Source of the DNA: Octopus sinensis
Lineage: Eukaryota
DNA length: 48,881 bases
Assembly: GCF_006345805.1 (NCBI RefSeq)
Contig: NW_021834441.1
Location: forward strand, 1 to 48,881
Direction of reading: 5' to 3'
Below the pieces are notes generated by a model. That model did not search any database, was not told the DNA's origin, and worked only from the letters and a program-made list of their open reading frames with translations. This document shows positions 13,224-24,169 of this stretch, piece after piece. Positions within the stretch are counted from its first letter, which is position 1. Each line of letters opens with the position of its first letter. A program made the translations under genes and the position numbers.

Positions 13224-13440
13224 CAGGGATCAATAAAAGAATTGCCCAGTTCTGTATTTAAGGGATGAGGAATTATGTACATTATTTACATTATTTATAT
13301 TTGACGGTCTTTTGTCCTTAACTTGTTTGTTGTTAACACAACGTTTCAGCTGTTGTATGCTCCAGCCTTCAGCAGGTGTCTTGGGGAAATTTCGAACCTG
13401 GGTTCTCATTCCTAAGATATTTTTCAATGTTATTATTATT
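13224..13440 (-). mobile_element. Penelope-like terminal-repeat segment carrying a hammerhead motif
   Basis: Contains the HHR at 13335-13380 and starts after an (AAT)n tract on the minus strand. Penelope-like elements are known to carry minimal HHRs; the Penelope assignment is inferred from that. Confidence 0.55.
13335..13380 (-). ncRNA. Minimal type-I hammerhead ribozyme motif (degenerate: core A6>C)
   Basis: Minus strand GACAC-CTGCTGA-A-GGCTG-GAGCATACAA-CAGCT-GAAA-CGTT-GTGTT. Stem I GACAC/GTGTT, stem II GGCTG/CAGCT, palindromic ACGT helix III, GUU cleavage triplet. Confidence 0.6.
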
Positions 13441-13986
13441 GAGTGAGAGAGCAGTGCATACCTTCAAAGTGACACTGGGGTAAAATATACGAAGCCCAGT
13501 ATACCCGTCATGACTACCTGTCTGATAAGGGTACACTAGGCACATGCATCACAAACATATGTGCGTGACATGGTGATCCCATATCAAGATAAACAGCACA
13601 TGACCTTGCAGGTGGGGCCCAGTTAGAATTTTCTTCTGGTCGAGTAACCCAGCCCGCTCAAAAGGTCCCAGATTAAGGGTTGTTTAAGGATGTTGAATGA
13701 AACACCCATGTTTCCAGAGCTGAATTATTCAAACCCCAAAGAATCCCTCTCAACACATGGCTATGATGCTCCCCCACTATTTCTGCTCGTGATCAGAGAT
13801 GCACATTTTGTCAGCCACTAAGGGACATGCTCAACTGGTTAAGGTCAAACAACTGACAAGCAAATCTGTGGTATTGAGCAGAATATTTGCTGTAGCCCAT
13901 CTTTTATACCAAGACAAAACAATGTACATGATAACACTTACAATCAGTTAAGTTCAGAGCCACTGCCTGGTACTGCATCAGGACAT
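13441..13986 (-). mobile_element. (AAT)n-flanked interspersed element, possibly the 3' end of a Dong/R4-like LINE
   Basis: Flanked by (ATT)n on both sides. Truncated copy sharing the GAGTGAGAGAGCAG end at 25893-26107, and an opposite-strand internal piece at about 37230-37420. The clade is inference only. Confidence 0.6.
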
Positions 13987-14008
13987 TTATTATTATTATT
14001 ATTATTAT

Positions 14009-14083
14009 TCAGGTCACTGCCTAGAATCGAACTTGGAATCTTGGGGTTAGTAGCTTGCGCTCTTAACCACTCTGCTATATGCC
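14009..14083 (-). mobile_element. tRNA-derived SINE head (loosely tRNA-Ser-like)
   Basis: Minus strand GGCATATAGCAGAGTGGTTAAGAGCGCAAGCTACTAACCCCAAGATTCCAAGTTCGATTCTAGG: A box TAGCAGAGTGG, B box GTTCGATTC, followed by (AAT)n. Confidence 0.7.
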
Positions 14084-14299
14084 TGTGCAATCAACAGACA
14101 TATTTGTCCATTCCTAGGGAAAAGGAAAATCATCTTTGGCCCCCTTGTGACATCATAGTAAAATCCATACTTGGATTCAAATTGCATTCACGGATCCATC
14201 ACAAATAGATGCAGCACGTTTTATTTTTGAAATCCTTTCCTTGAAACACTGAAACACTCCTATGTTGAAATCGATGGAAGTGACCATCATCACAAGACG

Positions 14300-14675
14300 C
14301 TCGACCTTTATTCTCTAGAAAAACGACGGCACCGTGGTGATCTCATTCTTGCTCACAATATCATAAGCGGACAGTGTAACCTCTTGAAAGAGCTGTTCTT
14401 CACTCCTGCTCCAGAGTGTCGGCTGCGGGGTCACTCCGAAAAGCTCTATCTGCGGTGATTTCATCTCAATCAAAGGAGAGGGGCTTTCTCCGTCCGGGTT
14501 GCAGATCCGTGGAATAAGCTGCCGGACGAGATATTGAAGATGCCGACGACCACTCGGTTCAAAGTCTCTCTTGGCCAGAAATGGCCTGAACTCTTTGCAT
14601 GAACACCACCCTGTACATAACTCCATGTCCCCCTACATGGCCTTGCTTTTTGAGCCAAAAAATTAACTTAACATA
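14300..14675 (+). mobile_element. CR1-like LINE 3' end, copy a
   Basis: LDLYSLEKRRHRGDLILAHNII...RGHSEKL...AFSVRVADPWNKLP...FKVSL, classic CR1 ORF2 C-terminal motifs with one in-frame stop, then a TTAAC tail. Confidence 0.85.
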
Positions 14676-14688
14676 CACACATTACATA

Positions 14689-15020
14689 CATCATAAGTGG
14701 AAAGTGTAACCTCTCAAAAGAGCTGTTCTTCACTCCTGCTCCAGAGCATCGACTGCGGGGTCACTCCGAAAAGCTCTATCTGCGACGATTTCATCTCAAT
14801 CAAAGGAGAGGGGCTTTCTCCGTCTGGGTTGCGGATCCATGGAATAAGCTGCCAGACGAGATAGTGAAGATGCCGACGACCGCTCGGTTCAAAGTCTCTC
14901 TTGACCAGAAATGGCCTGAACTCTTTGCATGAACACCCTCCCTGTACATAACTCCATGTCCCCCTACATGGCCTTGCTTTTTGCTTTTTGAGCCAAAAAA
15001 TTAACTTAACTAACTTAACT
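14689..15020 (+). mobile_element. CR1-like LINE 3' end, copy b (tandem)
   Basis: Diverged direct copy of copy a with a (TTAAC)n tail. Confidence 0.85.
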
Positions 15021-15234
15021 TATTAAGATAATGTGAACTCGCTGAATTGTTAACACACTGGACAAGATGCTGTGCAGTATTTCTCCTGGCATTACATTCA
15101 CGTGTCACTGCCATACAATCTACTTTTCACTCAGAGAGAGAATTACTGTTTCTGTACAACTGCCTCCACTGTTCATCAAGTCGCTAAGGTAGCAGAAATT
15201 ATTTACTACTTCTCGAGACCCCCTAGGACCTTTC

Positions 15235-15490
15235 ATTTCATTTCATTTCACTTGGGTTTGAGTCCTTGCTCAGGCCAAGTCGAAGACTCCACCCTCAGAG
15301 TCTGGTGTGGTTGCCAGGTTGTATTCTCTGCTTAATTTTGACATGTGTAGGAGCGAGTTTGAGTCAGTTTGTGCTCGTTGTGTATATCCTGGGAGATGGG
15401 GTTCATCTCTAATGGTGCTTAAGTATCTATCCAGTTGCAATTTGAATGATTCCACACTGCATCCTGATAGATTTCTGACATGTACCGGAA
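15235..15490 (-). mobile_element. Second copy of the CR1/Jockey-group 3' end with a (GAAAT)n tail
   Basis: Near-identical to 12580-12790. ORF ends ...TTPDSEGGVFDLA* at 15270. Confidence 0.8.
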
Positions 15491-15499
15491 TGGAGTTGA

Positions 15500-16025
15500 A
15501 CATGTGAGGAAATAAGTTTCCCGTGTCCCTGTAATCTCCATGGCTCCTGTACATCTTCCACATGCAAACACTACTCTCTCTATTAACCCATCTACTATTT
15601 CACTGCACCTCTTGTGTGTCCGTAGCTTACACTGGTTACACTGAATGGAATTTCTCCCTATGCCTGTCCTGTATATGGAGCAGGACCATTTACCTGAAGC
15701 TGGTAGGGTCCTGTCCGATTTTTTGCCCACTGAGACCTTGATCTTTACTAAGTTAACTTCAAGACCCTTTCATTCCAAGTTTTGTTTCCACACCTGAAAT
15801 TTCTTTTCTAGTTCTGTTACAGATTCTGCTATGAGGGCAAGATCAACAATGTATAATAATTCCTATGGGCTTCCAGTCTTTAATTCCCCTGTTAAGGCCT
15901 GCAGGACAATGATGAATAGAGGAGGTGGCTGAGGACTGAGCCTTGGTGAACACTTATCTTTACACTAAATTCATCACTGTACCCATGGTTAACCCATAAC
16001 TTCTTAACAGCACCCCTGTACATGG
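15500..16025 (-). mobile_element. Degenerate RTE-like RT fragment followed by a Cys/His finger
   Basis: Minus strand encodes ...VHQGSVLS...DLALIAESVTELEKKFQVWKQNLE*KGLEVN... (frameshifted), then KWSCSIYRTGIGRNSIQCNQCKLRTHKRCS...FACGRC. Confidence 0.75.
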
Positions 16026-16072
16026 AAAAGCTGGAATAACCGTGAAATTTAATTTCACAGTTAGTGGGTTAA

Positions 16073-16384
16073 CCCCTTACCCGGCAGAAACGAATATATG
16101 CATTTTGACCGAAATCGTTTTTTCTATCTCTGGCGAGTTAACTCGTCAAAAGATAGACTCGCCAAAATCGACAGCAAACGAGTTCCTTCGTCTATTATAA
16201 ACTCTTTTTTGACATATACGAGTATATTCGCTCACTTTATACGTCTGGCAGTGACAATGAGTCCTTTTGATTTTTTTTCTTTGTATATAGATGAAAGAGT
16301 TATAGAGCATGTATTGACTGAAACTAATAAAAAATATGTCTGAAAAAATACATTTATTTTCAAAATAATTGTTGGGTAAGGGGT
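16073..16384 (+). mobile_element. piggyBac internal-deletion derivative retaining a transposase N-terminal fragment
   Basis: TTAA|CCCCTTACCC ... GGGTAAGGGG(T)|TTAA termini (TTAA at 16069-72 and 16385-88). The internal ORF ends SPFDFFSLYIDERVIEHVLTETNKKY, resembling the start of the piggyBac DDE_Tnp_1_7 domain. Confidence 0.7.
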
Positions 16385-16702
16385 TTAACACTCTGATCTC
16401 TCGCTTTGTGCCTTCCCCCACAAATCCTTCATCTCCCTGATTGCTGAAGAAACAAAATCTGTTTCATTTTCTAAATTCATTTTCCACTTCCTTTTGCCAA
16501 AGGAGGAAACTAAATTAAAATTTTACAGAGAAGAAAGTAAGCTTCAAACACAGTGTAGCAATGAAAACAGCAGAAAAACTTCACATTTTCCCGTCTTATA
16601 AGGGTAAAATAACCAATTTTTCTGCCGTTTTCACGATTGTATTGCATTTGAAATTTACTTTCCTGTCTGTAAAATACCAAACACATTCAATACTCTCTCT
16701 CT

Positions 16703-17110
16703 CTCTTTTACTCTTTTACTTGTTTCAGTCATTTGACTGCGGCCATGCTGGAGCACCGCCTTTAGTCGAGCAACTCGACCCCGGGACTTATTCTTTTTGT
16801 AAGCCCAGTACTTATTCTATCGGTCTCTTTTTGCTGAACCACTAAGTGACAGGGACATAAACACACCAGCATCGGTTGTCAAGCAATGCTAGGGGAACAA
16901 ACCCAGACACACAAACGCACACACATACCCATATATATATACATAGATACGACAAGCTTCTTTCAGTTTCCGTCTACCAAATCCACTCACAAGGCATTGG
17001 TCGGCCCGGGGCTATAGCAGAAGACACTTGCCCAAGATGCCACGCAGTGGGACTGAACCTGGAACCATGTGGTTGGTTAGCAAGCTACTTACCACACAGC
17101 CACTCCTGCG
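16703..17110 (-). mobile_element. SINE family A, full length
   Basis: Homologous end-to-end to 8780-9199. Confidence 0.9.
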
Positions 17111-17216
17111 CAATGCTTCCAAAATTTTATTAAATGTTAAATTAAAATTGATCAGCCCTTTAACTGTGAGGTTGACTATTGGGGTTCCTTGCCCAGTCAA
17201 TGTGGATGATGCTTAA

Positions 17217-17438
17217 CCCTTTCGTTACTAACCCAGCTGAAACCACCTCTGACTCTGTAGTACAAATATCTTGTTTTCAAAAGTTCTGAATTAAAATCTT
17301 CCACCAAACCTTAGTCACAATTTATGTTCCTAACACTAGCTTAATGATAACTAAGTTATTTTATTAAATTCTTTGTTATATTTAAAATTAATTGAAAGAA
17401 ACTCAGAGCATCTCAATAGAAATATAGTAACAAGAGGG
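17217..17438. mobile_element. TTAA-flanked piggyBac-type MITE (222 bp)
   Basis: TTAA|CCCTTTCGTTAC...GTAACAAGAGGG|TTAA. Two opposite-orientation copies at 47882-48354. Confidence 0.85.
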
Positions 17439-17744
17439 TTAAAGGCATTGGAATTAGAAGAATGGAGCAAAGGATAGCTGTAGGTAGGCTGGGGGAGGCA
17501 GCAGAAATTGTCTCCTGCTGGTTTTGTAGCAAGTGAAAGGCATTAAGCCAGAAGGGGATGGTGAGCAGTGATTTGGTCACCTCTGCTGACCCACCGACAG
17601 AGAGGCCGAAACACCTGATGATTGCTGGATACCATCTGATGATATCAGTTCCACTTGGTCAAAGTTATATCTTTTGAATATTCTCAGAAGCAACCATCAT
17701 TAGACTCCTTGTCTGGATTTCCAAACATGACCAATTGAGAACTA

Positions 17745-18050
17745 TCTCATTCTTGTTGGTCTACCCACCCCTAGGTTTCCTCTTGGTTGGCCCACCATGA
17801 AAAATCCGTATTGCAGTTCTTTACTACAACCTTCAGACCACACGTCCATAGTGCTGGAGCTGTGACTTCTCAATGCTGAGAGGTAGCAGTTAGACCCAGA
17901 CAAACTCCCCTGATTTCTGAGCCATGCTCCCTCTTTGAGTGACATTATTCCTGCTATTATTTGGAGGAATCCCAGTTTGGTAGCTTGTGTTCTCTTAATT
18001 TTGTCATTAAACAGCGACCATGATGGAGCATCGCATTCCAGTGTTTAGTT
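17745..18050 (-). mobile_element. Highly degenerate RTE-like ORF 3' fragment
   Basis: Minus strand gives LSIEKSQLQHYGRVV*R...KRKPRG, resembling the RTE C-terminal 'QLRWYGHV.R...GRP' region. Confidence 0.5.
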
Positions 18051-18191
18051 TACCAATCCCCCCCCCCCCTCCAGCTTTTAAGTCCAGAACTGGTATATAA
18101 GGACACAAAGCTGGCAGAAATGTTAGTTCAAATTCCGCTGAGGTCAACTTTGCCTTTCACCCTTTTGGGGTCGATTAAATAAGTACTAGTT

Positions 18192-18552
18192 GAGCTTTGG
18201 TGTTGGAGAAGACTTTTGCGGATTCCATGGACAGCGAGGCTCACCAATAGAGAAGTTCTTAAGCAGATAAGGCCGAAAATGTCACTAGAAGCTGGGATCA
18301 CCAAGCGTAGATTGGCATATTTTGGTCATATTATGCGGAGAGAATCCCTGGAGAAGGACATCATGCTCGGAATGGTCAGTGGCAAGAGAGGAAGAGGCCG
18401 ACCAAGAACCCGCTGGCTTGACACCATCAGGAGTGATACCAGAATGGACATTGCCAGTCTGAAGGAAGCGGCCCAGGATAGAACTGACTGGAGGACACTG
18501 ATCCAACGAGTGACCGAGAGTCGACTTCGACTGAGCGGTTAGAGAGAGAGAG
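18192..18552 (+). mobile_element. RTE (BovB-like) LINE 3' end nested inside a family B SINE
   Basis: Stop-free ELWCWRRLLRIPWTAR...LAYFGHIMRR...GKRGRGRPRTRW...DRTDWR. The host SINE runs 18120-18190 and resumes at 18553-18637, with AGTTGA at both junctions. Confidence 0.9.
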
Positions 18553-18741
18553 TTGATGTAACCAACTTAATCCCTTTGTCCATCCTTCTTTGTTCTTTCT
18601 ATGTTTAGCTCCACCCCTGTGGGCAATAAAGAAATATATAAGGACACAAACAAACCAACTGTTGTGAAAGAAAAATTCAAATACATGCTCTCTCTGTCTC
18701 ACGCTCTCTCTCTCTCTCTCACAGAAACACACACAGGCATC

Positions 18742-19057
18742 CTGTTGGTTATGATGACAAGGGTTCCAGTTGCACTGATCAACCGAACAGCCTGCTTGTG
18801 AAATTAACGTGCAAGCGGCTGAGTACTCCACAGACATGCATGCCTTCAACGTAGTTCTCAGGGAGATTCAGCATGACACAGAATGTGACAAAGCTGGCCC
18901 TCTGAGCTATGGGCACGACCCATTTTCGCCAGCTGAGATGGTGGACTGGAGCAATGTGAAATAAAGTGTCATGCTCAAGGACAGAACACGCTGTCAGGAA
19001 TTGAACTCATGACCTTCCGGTTGTGAGCCGAATACCCTAACCGTTAAGCCATGCACC
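18742..19057 (-). mobile_element. SINE family E (tRNA-like head plus CCTTGAGCAxGACACTTTATTTCAC core)
   Basis: Minus strand GGTGCATGGCTTAACGGTTAGG...GAGTTCAATTCC (A/B boxes). Related fragments at about 36896-37030 and 21520. Confidence 0.65.
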
Positions 19058-19518
19058 TTCACACATACACACACATATATACAGACATGCAGACACACTT
19101 TGACACACTCTCTCTCGCATATATACAACAGGTTTCCCCACAGTTTCCGTTTCTCCAGGGGCTGTCATGATGACAGTTTCATCAATGATAACACCCCTCT
19201 CCACATACACACACACATGCAACAGGCTTTGTCACAGTTATCGGTGGTGGTCCTCATGTTATAGTGGAAGACACCTTGTCAGAGTGCCTAGCTGTGGGAT
19301 AGAACATGAAGCTATGTCTTTGCAAAGTGTAGCCATACCTGTGTAGACATATCATCATCATTATGTAGCCCTTTAGCATTTAATCCAGCCATGTGCACCC
19401 CAAATATTCTACCTGTTTTATGTTACAACTTACCAGATCCAACCTCTCACACCAACCCTATAATGTCATTCTAAAAATATATGAACCCACCATTGAAATC
19501 TTGAATCTGCAAGATACA

Positions 19519-20119
19519 CTTTTACTTATTTCAGCCATTTTGACTGTGGCCATGCTAGAGCACTTTCTTTTAGTCAAAGAAATTGACTTCAGGACCTATT
19601 CTTTGTAAGCCTAATACTTATTCTATCAGTCTTATGCCGAACCACTAAGTTACGGGAACGTAAACATACCATGATCTATTGTCAAGCAATGGTGGAGGGA
19701 CAAACACACAAATATATATATAAGCACCAACCGATCGTGGCTGTTGCCAGCCTCCTCTGGCACCAGTGCCGGTGGAACATAAGAAGCACTCACTACACTC
19801 ATGGAGTGCTTGGTGTTATGAAGGGCATCCAGCTGTAGAAACACTGCCAGATCAGACTGGAGCGTGGCACAGCCTCCTGGCTTCCCAGATCCCGGTCAAA
19901 CCGTCCAACCCATGCTAGCATGGAAAACGGATGTTAAATGATGATGATGATACAACAGGCTTCTTTCAGTTTCCGTCTACCAAATCTACTCACAAGGCTT
20001 TGATCGGCATGAGGCTATAGTAGAAGACACTTGCCCAAGGTACCATGCAGTGGGACTGAACCCAGAACCATGTGGTTGATAAGCAAGCTTCTTACCACAC
20101 AGCCACACCTGTGCCCATA
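19519..20119. mobile_element. Family A SINE (minus, degenerate) split by a family D element (19722-19950, plus)
   Basis: The 3' half of A at 19519-19710 and its head at 19951-20119 flank a D copy ending in (GAT)n. Confidence 0.75.
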
Positions 20120-20293
20120 AGATTAATTCATAAGAATGTGAATAAATAAGGGTTAGATTTGACATAGTAATCTGAGTATTAAGGGATAATGTCTGTTTTT
20201 CACCCTGATAATTGTTGGACAGTTTAGCAAAACCTGATGAGCCGCAGAAGCTGTGTCAGCTGTCAACGTTAGCATGACTTGGTTTCTGTACCT

Positions 20294-20574
20294 CAGTAGT
20301 TCCCAAAGTGGGCAGTAGTGCCGCATTGGGGGCTGTTGAGGAAAAGTAGGGTGAGAATTGGGTGACCAAAAAGAAGCAATGGATGTAAAAGGGCCCCACC
20401 AAAATAGTGGGTTAGTTAGGTCAAGTTCCATAAGCGAGATACGGTTAGTTTGAATTTGCTGCAGAAAGTTGGTCAATGTTTGTGGTGGTGAGGAGTGTGT
20501 GTGTGTATGTGTGTGCTAGGAATGTGGTCTGGGTCCCAAGGGCGTGGCAGCCTGAGAAAGTTTGGGAACCACTG
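20294..20574. mobile_element. hAT-like MITE
   Basis: TIRs CAGTAGTTCCCAAAGT ... AGTTTGGGAACCACTG (CAGTGGTTCCCAAA type). No TSD recognisable. Confidence 0.65.
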
Positions 20575-20604
20575 CATCTTGATACCCTTTCTAATGCTAA
20601 CCCA

Positions 20605-20836
20605 TTTCTTTATTACCCACAAGGGGCTAAACATAGAAGGGACAAACAAGGACAGACATAAGTATTGAGTCGATTACATCGACCCCAGTGCGTAACTGGT
20701 ACTTAATTTATCGACCCCGAAAGGATGAAAGGCAAAGTCGACCCCGGCGGAATTTGAACTCAGAACATAACGGCAGGCGAAATACCGCTATGCATTTCGC
20801 CCGGCATGCTAACGATTCTGCCAGCTCGCCGCCTTT
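20605..20836 (-). mobile_element. SINE family B, full length
   Basis: Reverse complement of 23939-24169. Confidence 0.9.
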
Positions 20837-21696
20837 CTAATGCTAACCACTTCACTGTATGTGTCTGTGTACTGGTTGCTTTTTCTATGACTCTGGCCAA
20901 ATTCAGGTCAGCTAGTAACACAGAAGACAAAATAAAGGAAAAGGAAAGGGTCACTCAACTTCAAGGGAGTGTGAGTTAGATTCATGCCAGGTGTTGAAGG
21001 CCAGAATATGATAGAGGGACAAACACAGGTGTCTTGCTGTAGTGGAAACACATGGTTCTCCCCCGCATTATGCAGGTTTAGGTGGGTGTAGCTGGAAGGC
21101 GACGAAGAATTCTTCAACACAGGCATAAGGACAGTTATGTAGTACCGATTTCCACATTTCTTTCTGGGATGCATACACATCCTCAAACTGACATCTGAAC
21201 TTGTGTTGGAATTCAGGTGATAACCAGTGCTGTCTTCACATCTTTGATGGTGTTACTGCTACACATACACACACACACAGATAACCCTAGACCGGTGGCA
21301 CGTAAAAAGCACCATCCAATCGTGGCCGTTGCCAGCCTCGCCTGGCCCCTGTGCCAGTGGCACTTAAAAAGCACCATAGGGTTGGGCTAAAAACTGAATT
21401 GAAGATTTGAAATTGGTGTATATCCATGTGTTTGTGTGTGTGTGCATGTATGCATATAAATATGTTGTGTGTATATGCTTATATCTTGTGTGTCTGTGTT
21501 CCTGAGCAAACTGCTTCATGTTGCTCCAGTCCACTTAATTATAAATGGGTCACCCTGCAATGGCCTTGTGTTCCATTCACGGGAAATGTTGGTCTCCTCG
21601 CCTGGCCAACGGGGGTGGCGTCATCTGAAGGTTACAACAATGTGAGGAAGTGCATTGTGACCAGTGATTTGTAACAACATCTGATAGTCTCCTTGA

Positions 21697-23413
21697 GATA
21701 TATATATATATGTATGTATGTGTTTATGTATATAAATATATATGTTTGTGTTTATGTATATAAATATATATGTATGTGTTTATGTATATAAATATATATG
21801 TGTTTATATATATATATATGTATGTGTTTATGTATATATGTGTGTGTTTATGTATGTATGTATATATATGTGTGTGTGTTTATGTATATATATATGTGTG
21901 TGTCATCATCATCATCATCATCATTTAGCGTCCGTTTTCCATGCTAGCATGGGTTGGACAATATATATATACATGTTTATGTATATATATATATGTATGT
22001 TTTTATGTATATATATATATATATGTGTTTATATATATATATATGTGTTTATATATATATATATGTGTTTATGTATATATATGTATGTGTTTATATATAT
22101 ATATATGTGTTTATGTATATATAGTATGTGTTTATGTATATATATGTATGTGTTTATATATATATTTATGTATGTGGTTATGTATATATATATATGTATG
22201 TGGTTATGTATATATATGTATGTGGTTATGTATATATATATATGTATGTGTTATGTATATATATGTGTGTTTATGTATATGTATATATATATATGTGTTT
22301 ATTATATATATATATATATGTGTTTATGTATATATATATATGTATGTGTTTATGTATATATATATATGTATGTGTTTATGTATATATATATATAATGTAT
22401 GTGTTTATGTATATATATATATATATATGTATGTGTTTATGTATAATATATGTATATATATGTATGTGTTTATGTATATATGTATGTGTTATATATATAT
22501 TATATATGTATGTGTTTATGTATATATGTGTGTGTTTATGTATGTATGTATATATATGTGTGTGTGTTTATGTATATATATATATGTGTGTGTCATCATC
22601 ATCATCATTTAGCGTCCGTTTTCCATGCTAGCATGGGTTGGACAATATATATATACATGTTTATGTATATATATATATGTATGTTTTTATGTATATATAT
22701 ATATATATGTGTTTATATATATATATATGTGTTTATGTATATATATGTATGTGTTTATATATATATATATGTGTTTATGTATATATATGTATGTGTTTAT
22801 GTATATATTTATGTATGTGGTTATGTATATATATATATGTATGTGTTTATGTATATATATATATGTGTTTATGTATATATATGTATGTGTTTATATATAT
22901 ATTTATGTATGTGGTTATGTATATATATATATGTATGTGTTTATGTATATATATGTATGTGTTTATGTATATATATGTATGTGGTTATGTATATATATAT
23001 ATGTATGTGTTTATGTATATATATGTATGTGTTTATGTATATATATATATGTGTTTATGTATATATATATATATATGTGTTTATGTATATATATATATGT
23101 ATGTGTTTATGTATATATATATATGTATGTGTTTATGTATATATGTATGTGTTTATGTATATATGTATGTGTTTATGTATATATGTATGTGTTTATGTAT
23201 ATATGTATGTGTTTATGTATATATGTATGTGTTTATGTATATATATATATGTATATATATATATATGTATGTGTTTATGTATATATATATATATGTATGT
23301 GTTTATGTATATATGTATGTGTTTATATATATGTATGTATGTGTGTACATATGTATTTATAGACTTATGTATACATATAATGCATACGTTTTACATATAT
23401 ATATATATATTAT

Positions 23414-23447
<34 letters not shown>

Positions 23448-23500
23448 ATGTATATATGCATGTATATTTAGACTTAAATATTTATTTATAAACATGTGTT
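21697..23500. repeat. 1.8-kb (TATGTGTTTATGTATATA)-type array containing a ~684-bp tandem duplication
   Basis: The SINE-D tail marker TTTAGCGTCCG occurs at 21924 and 22608. Confidence 0.9.
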
Positions 23501-23938
23501 TATATATATTTGGCCATCTGGTATTGGTGCTGAAGGCTTTTCTGCTAAGGCTGGTGGTGAATGCGATGGTTGTGGTGGTGGTGGTGGTGGTGGTATTAGT
23601 AGTAGTAGTAGTAATAGTTTTCTAATTCTTTCGATCTCTTCCTTCATTGGTCCCTGGACCAGTTTGATCGATCGATTGATCGCTGCAATAGCAACAACAA
23701 TAACGGTACCATTCTGTAGGAGCAGTAGCAGCAGCAGCAGCAGCAACGGTGTGTTCCAGTAATAGATGATAGTAACTCCAGTTCTGTGTTTCCATGAGAA
23801 GTCATTGACCAAACAGCTGTGAGTGGGAGGGAGAGGAAGAGGTACAAGGTGGTGGCAAGCCGTTTAAAAGTGCCTATATTACATGATTTGTGGGTGTGTA
23901 TACAGATGTCGGTGGGTGTGTATATAGATGTCGGTGTG

Positions 23939-24169
23939 TGCGGTGAGCTGGCGGAAACGTTAGCACGCCGGGCGAAATGCGTAGCCGTATTTCGTCTGCC
24001 GCTACGTTCTGAGTTCAAATTCTGCCGAGGTCGACTTTGCCTTTCATCCTTTCGGGGTCGATTAAGTAAGTACCAGTTACGCACTGGGGTCGATATGATT
24101 GACTTAATCCGTTTGTCTGTCCTTGTTTGTCCCCTCTATGTTTAGCCCCTTGTGGGTAGTAAAGAAATA
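23939..24169 (+). mobile_element. SINE family B, full length (Meta-core-like)
   Basis: GCGGTGAGCTGGCGGAAACGTTAGC head, B box GAGTTCAAATTC, core GACTTTGCCTTTCATCCTTTCGGGGTCGAT resembling the MetaSINE core as I recall it. Confidence 0.9.

Noticed and set aside
14009-14083. tRNA gene calls for tRNA-like heads (also 9120-9199, 38468-38541)
   Set aside because: They have A/B boxes but no complete cloverleaf, and they continue into SINE bodies. These are SINE heads, not tRNA genes.
17580-17650. CTGCTGA...GAAAC and CTGATGA motifs resembling a hammerhead
   Set aside because: No coherent stem II or stem I pairing, and the order of motifs is wrong.
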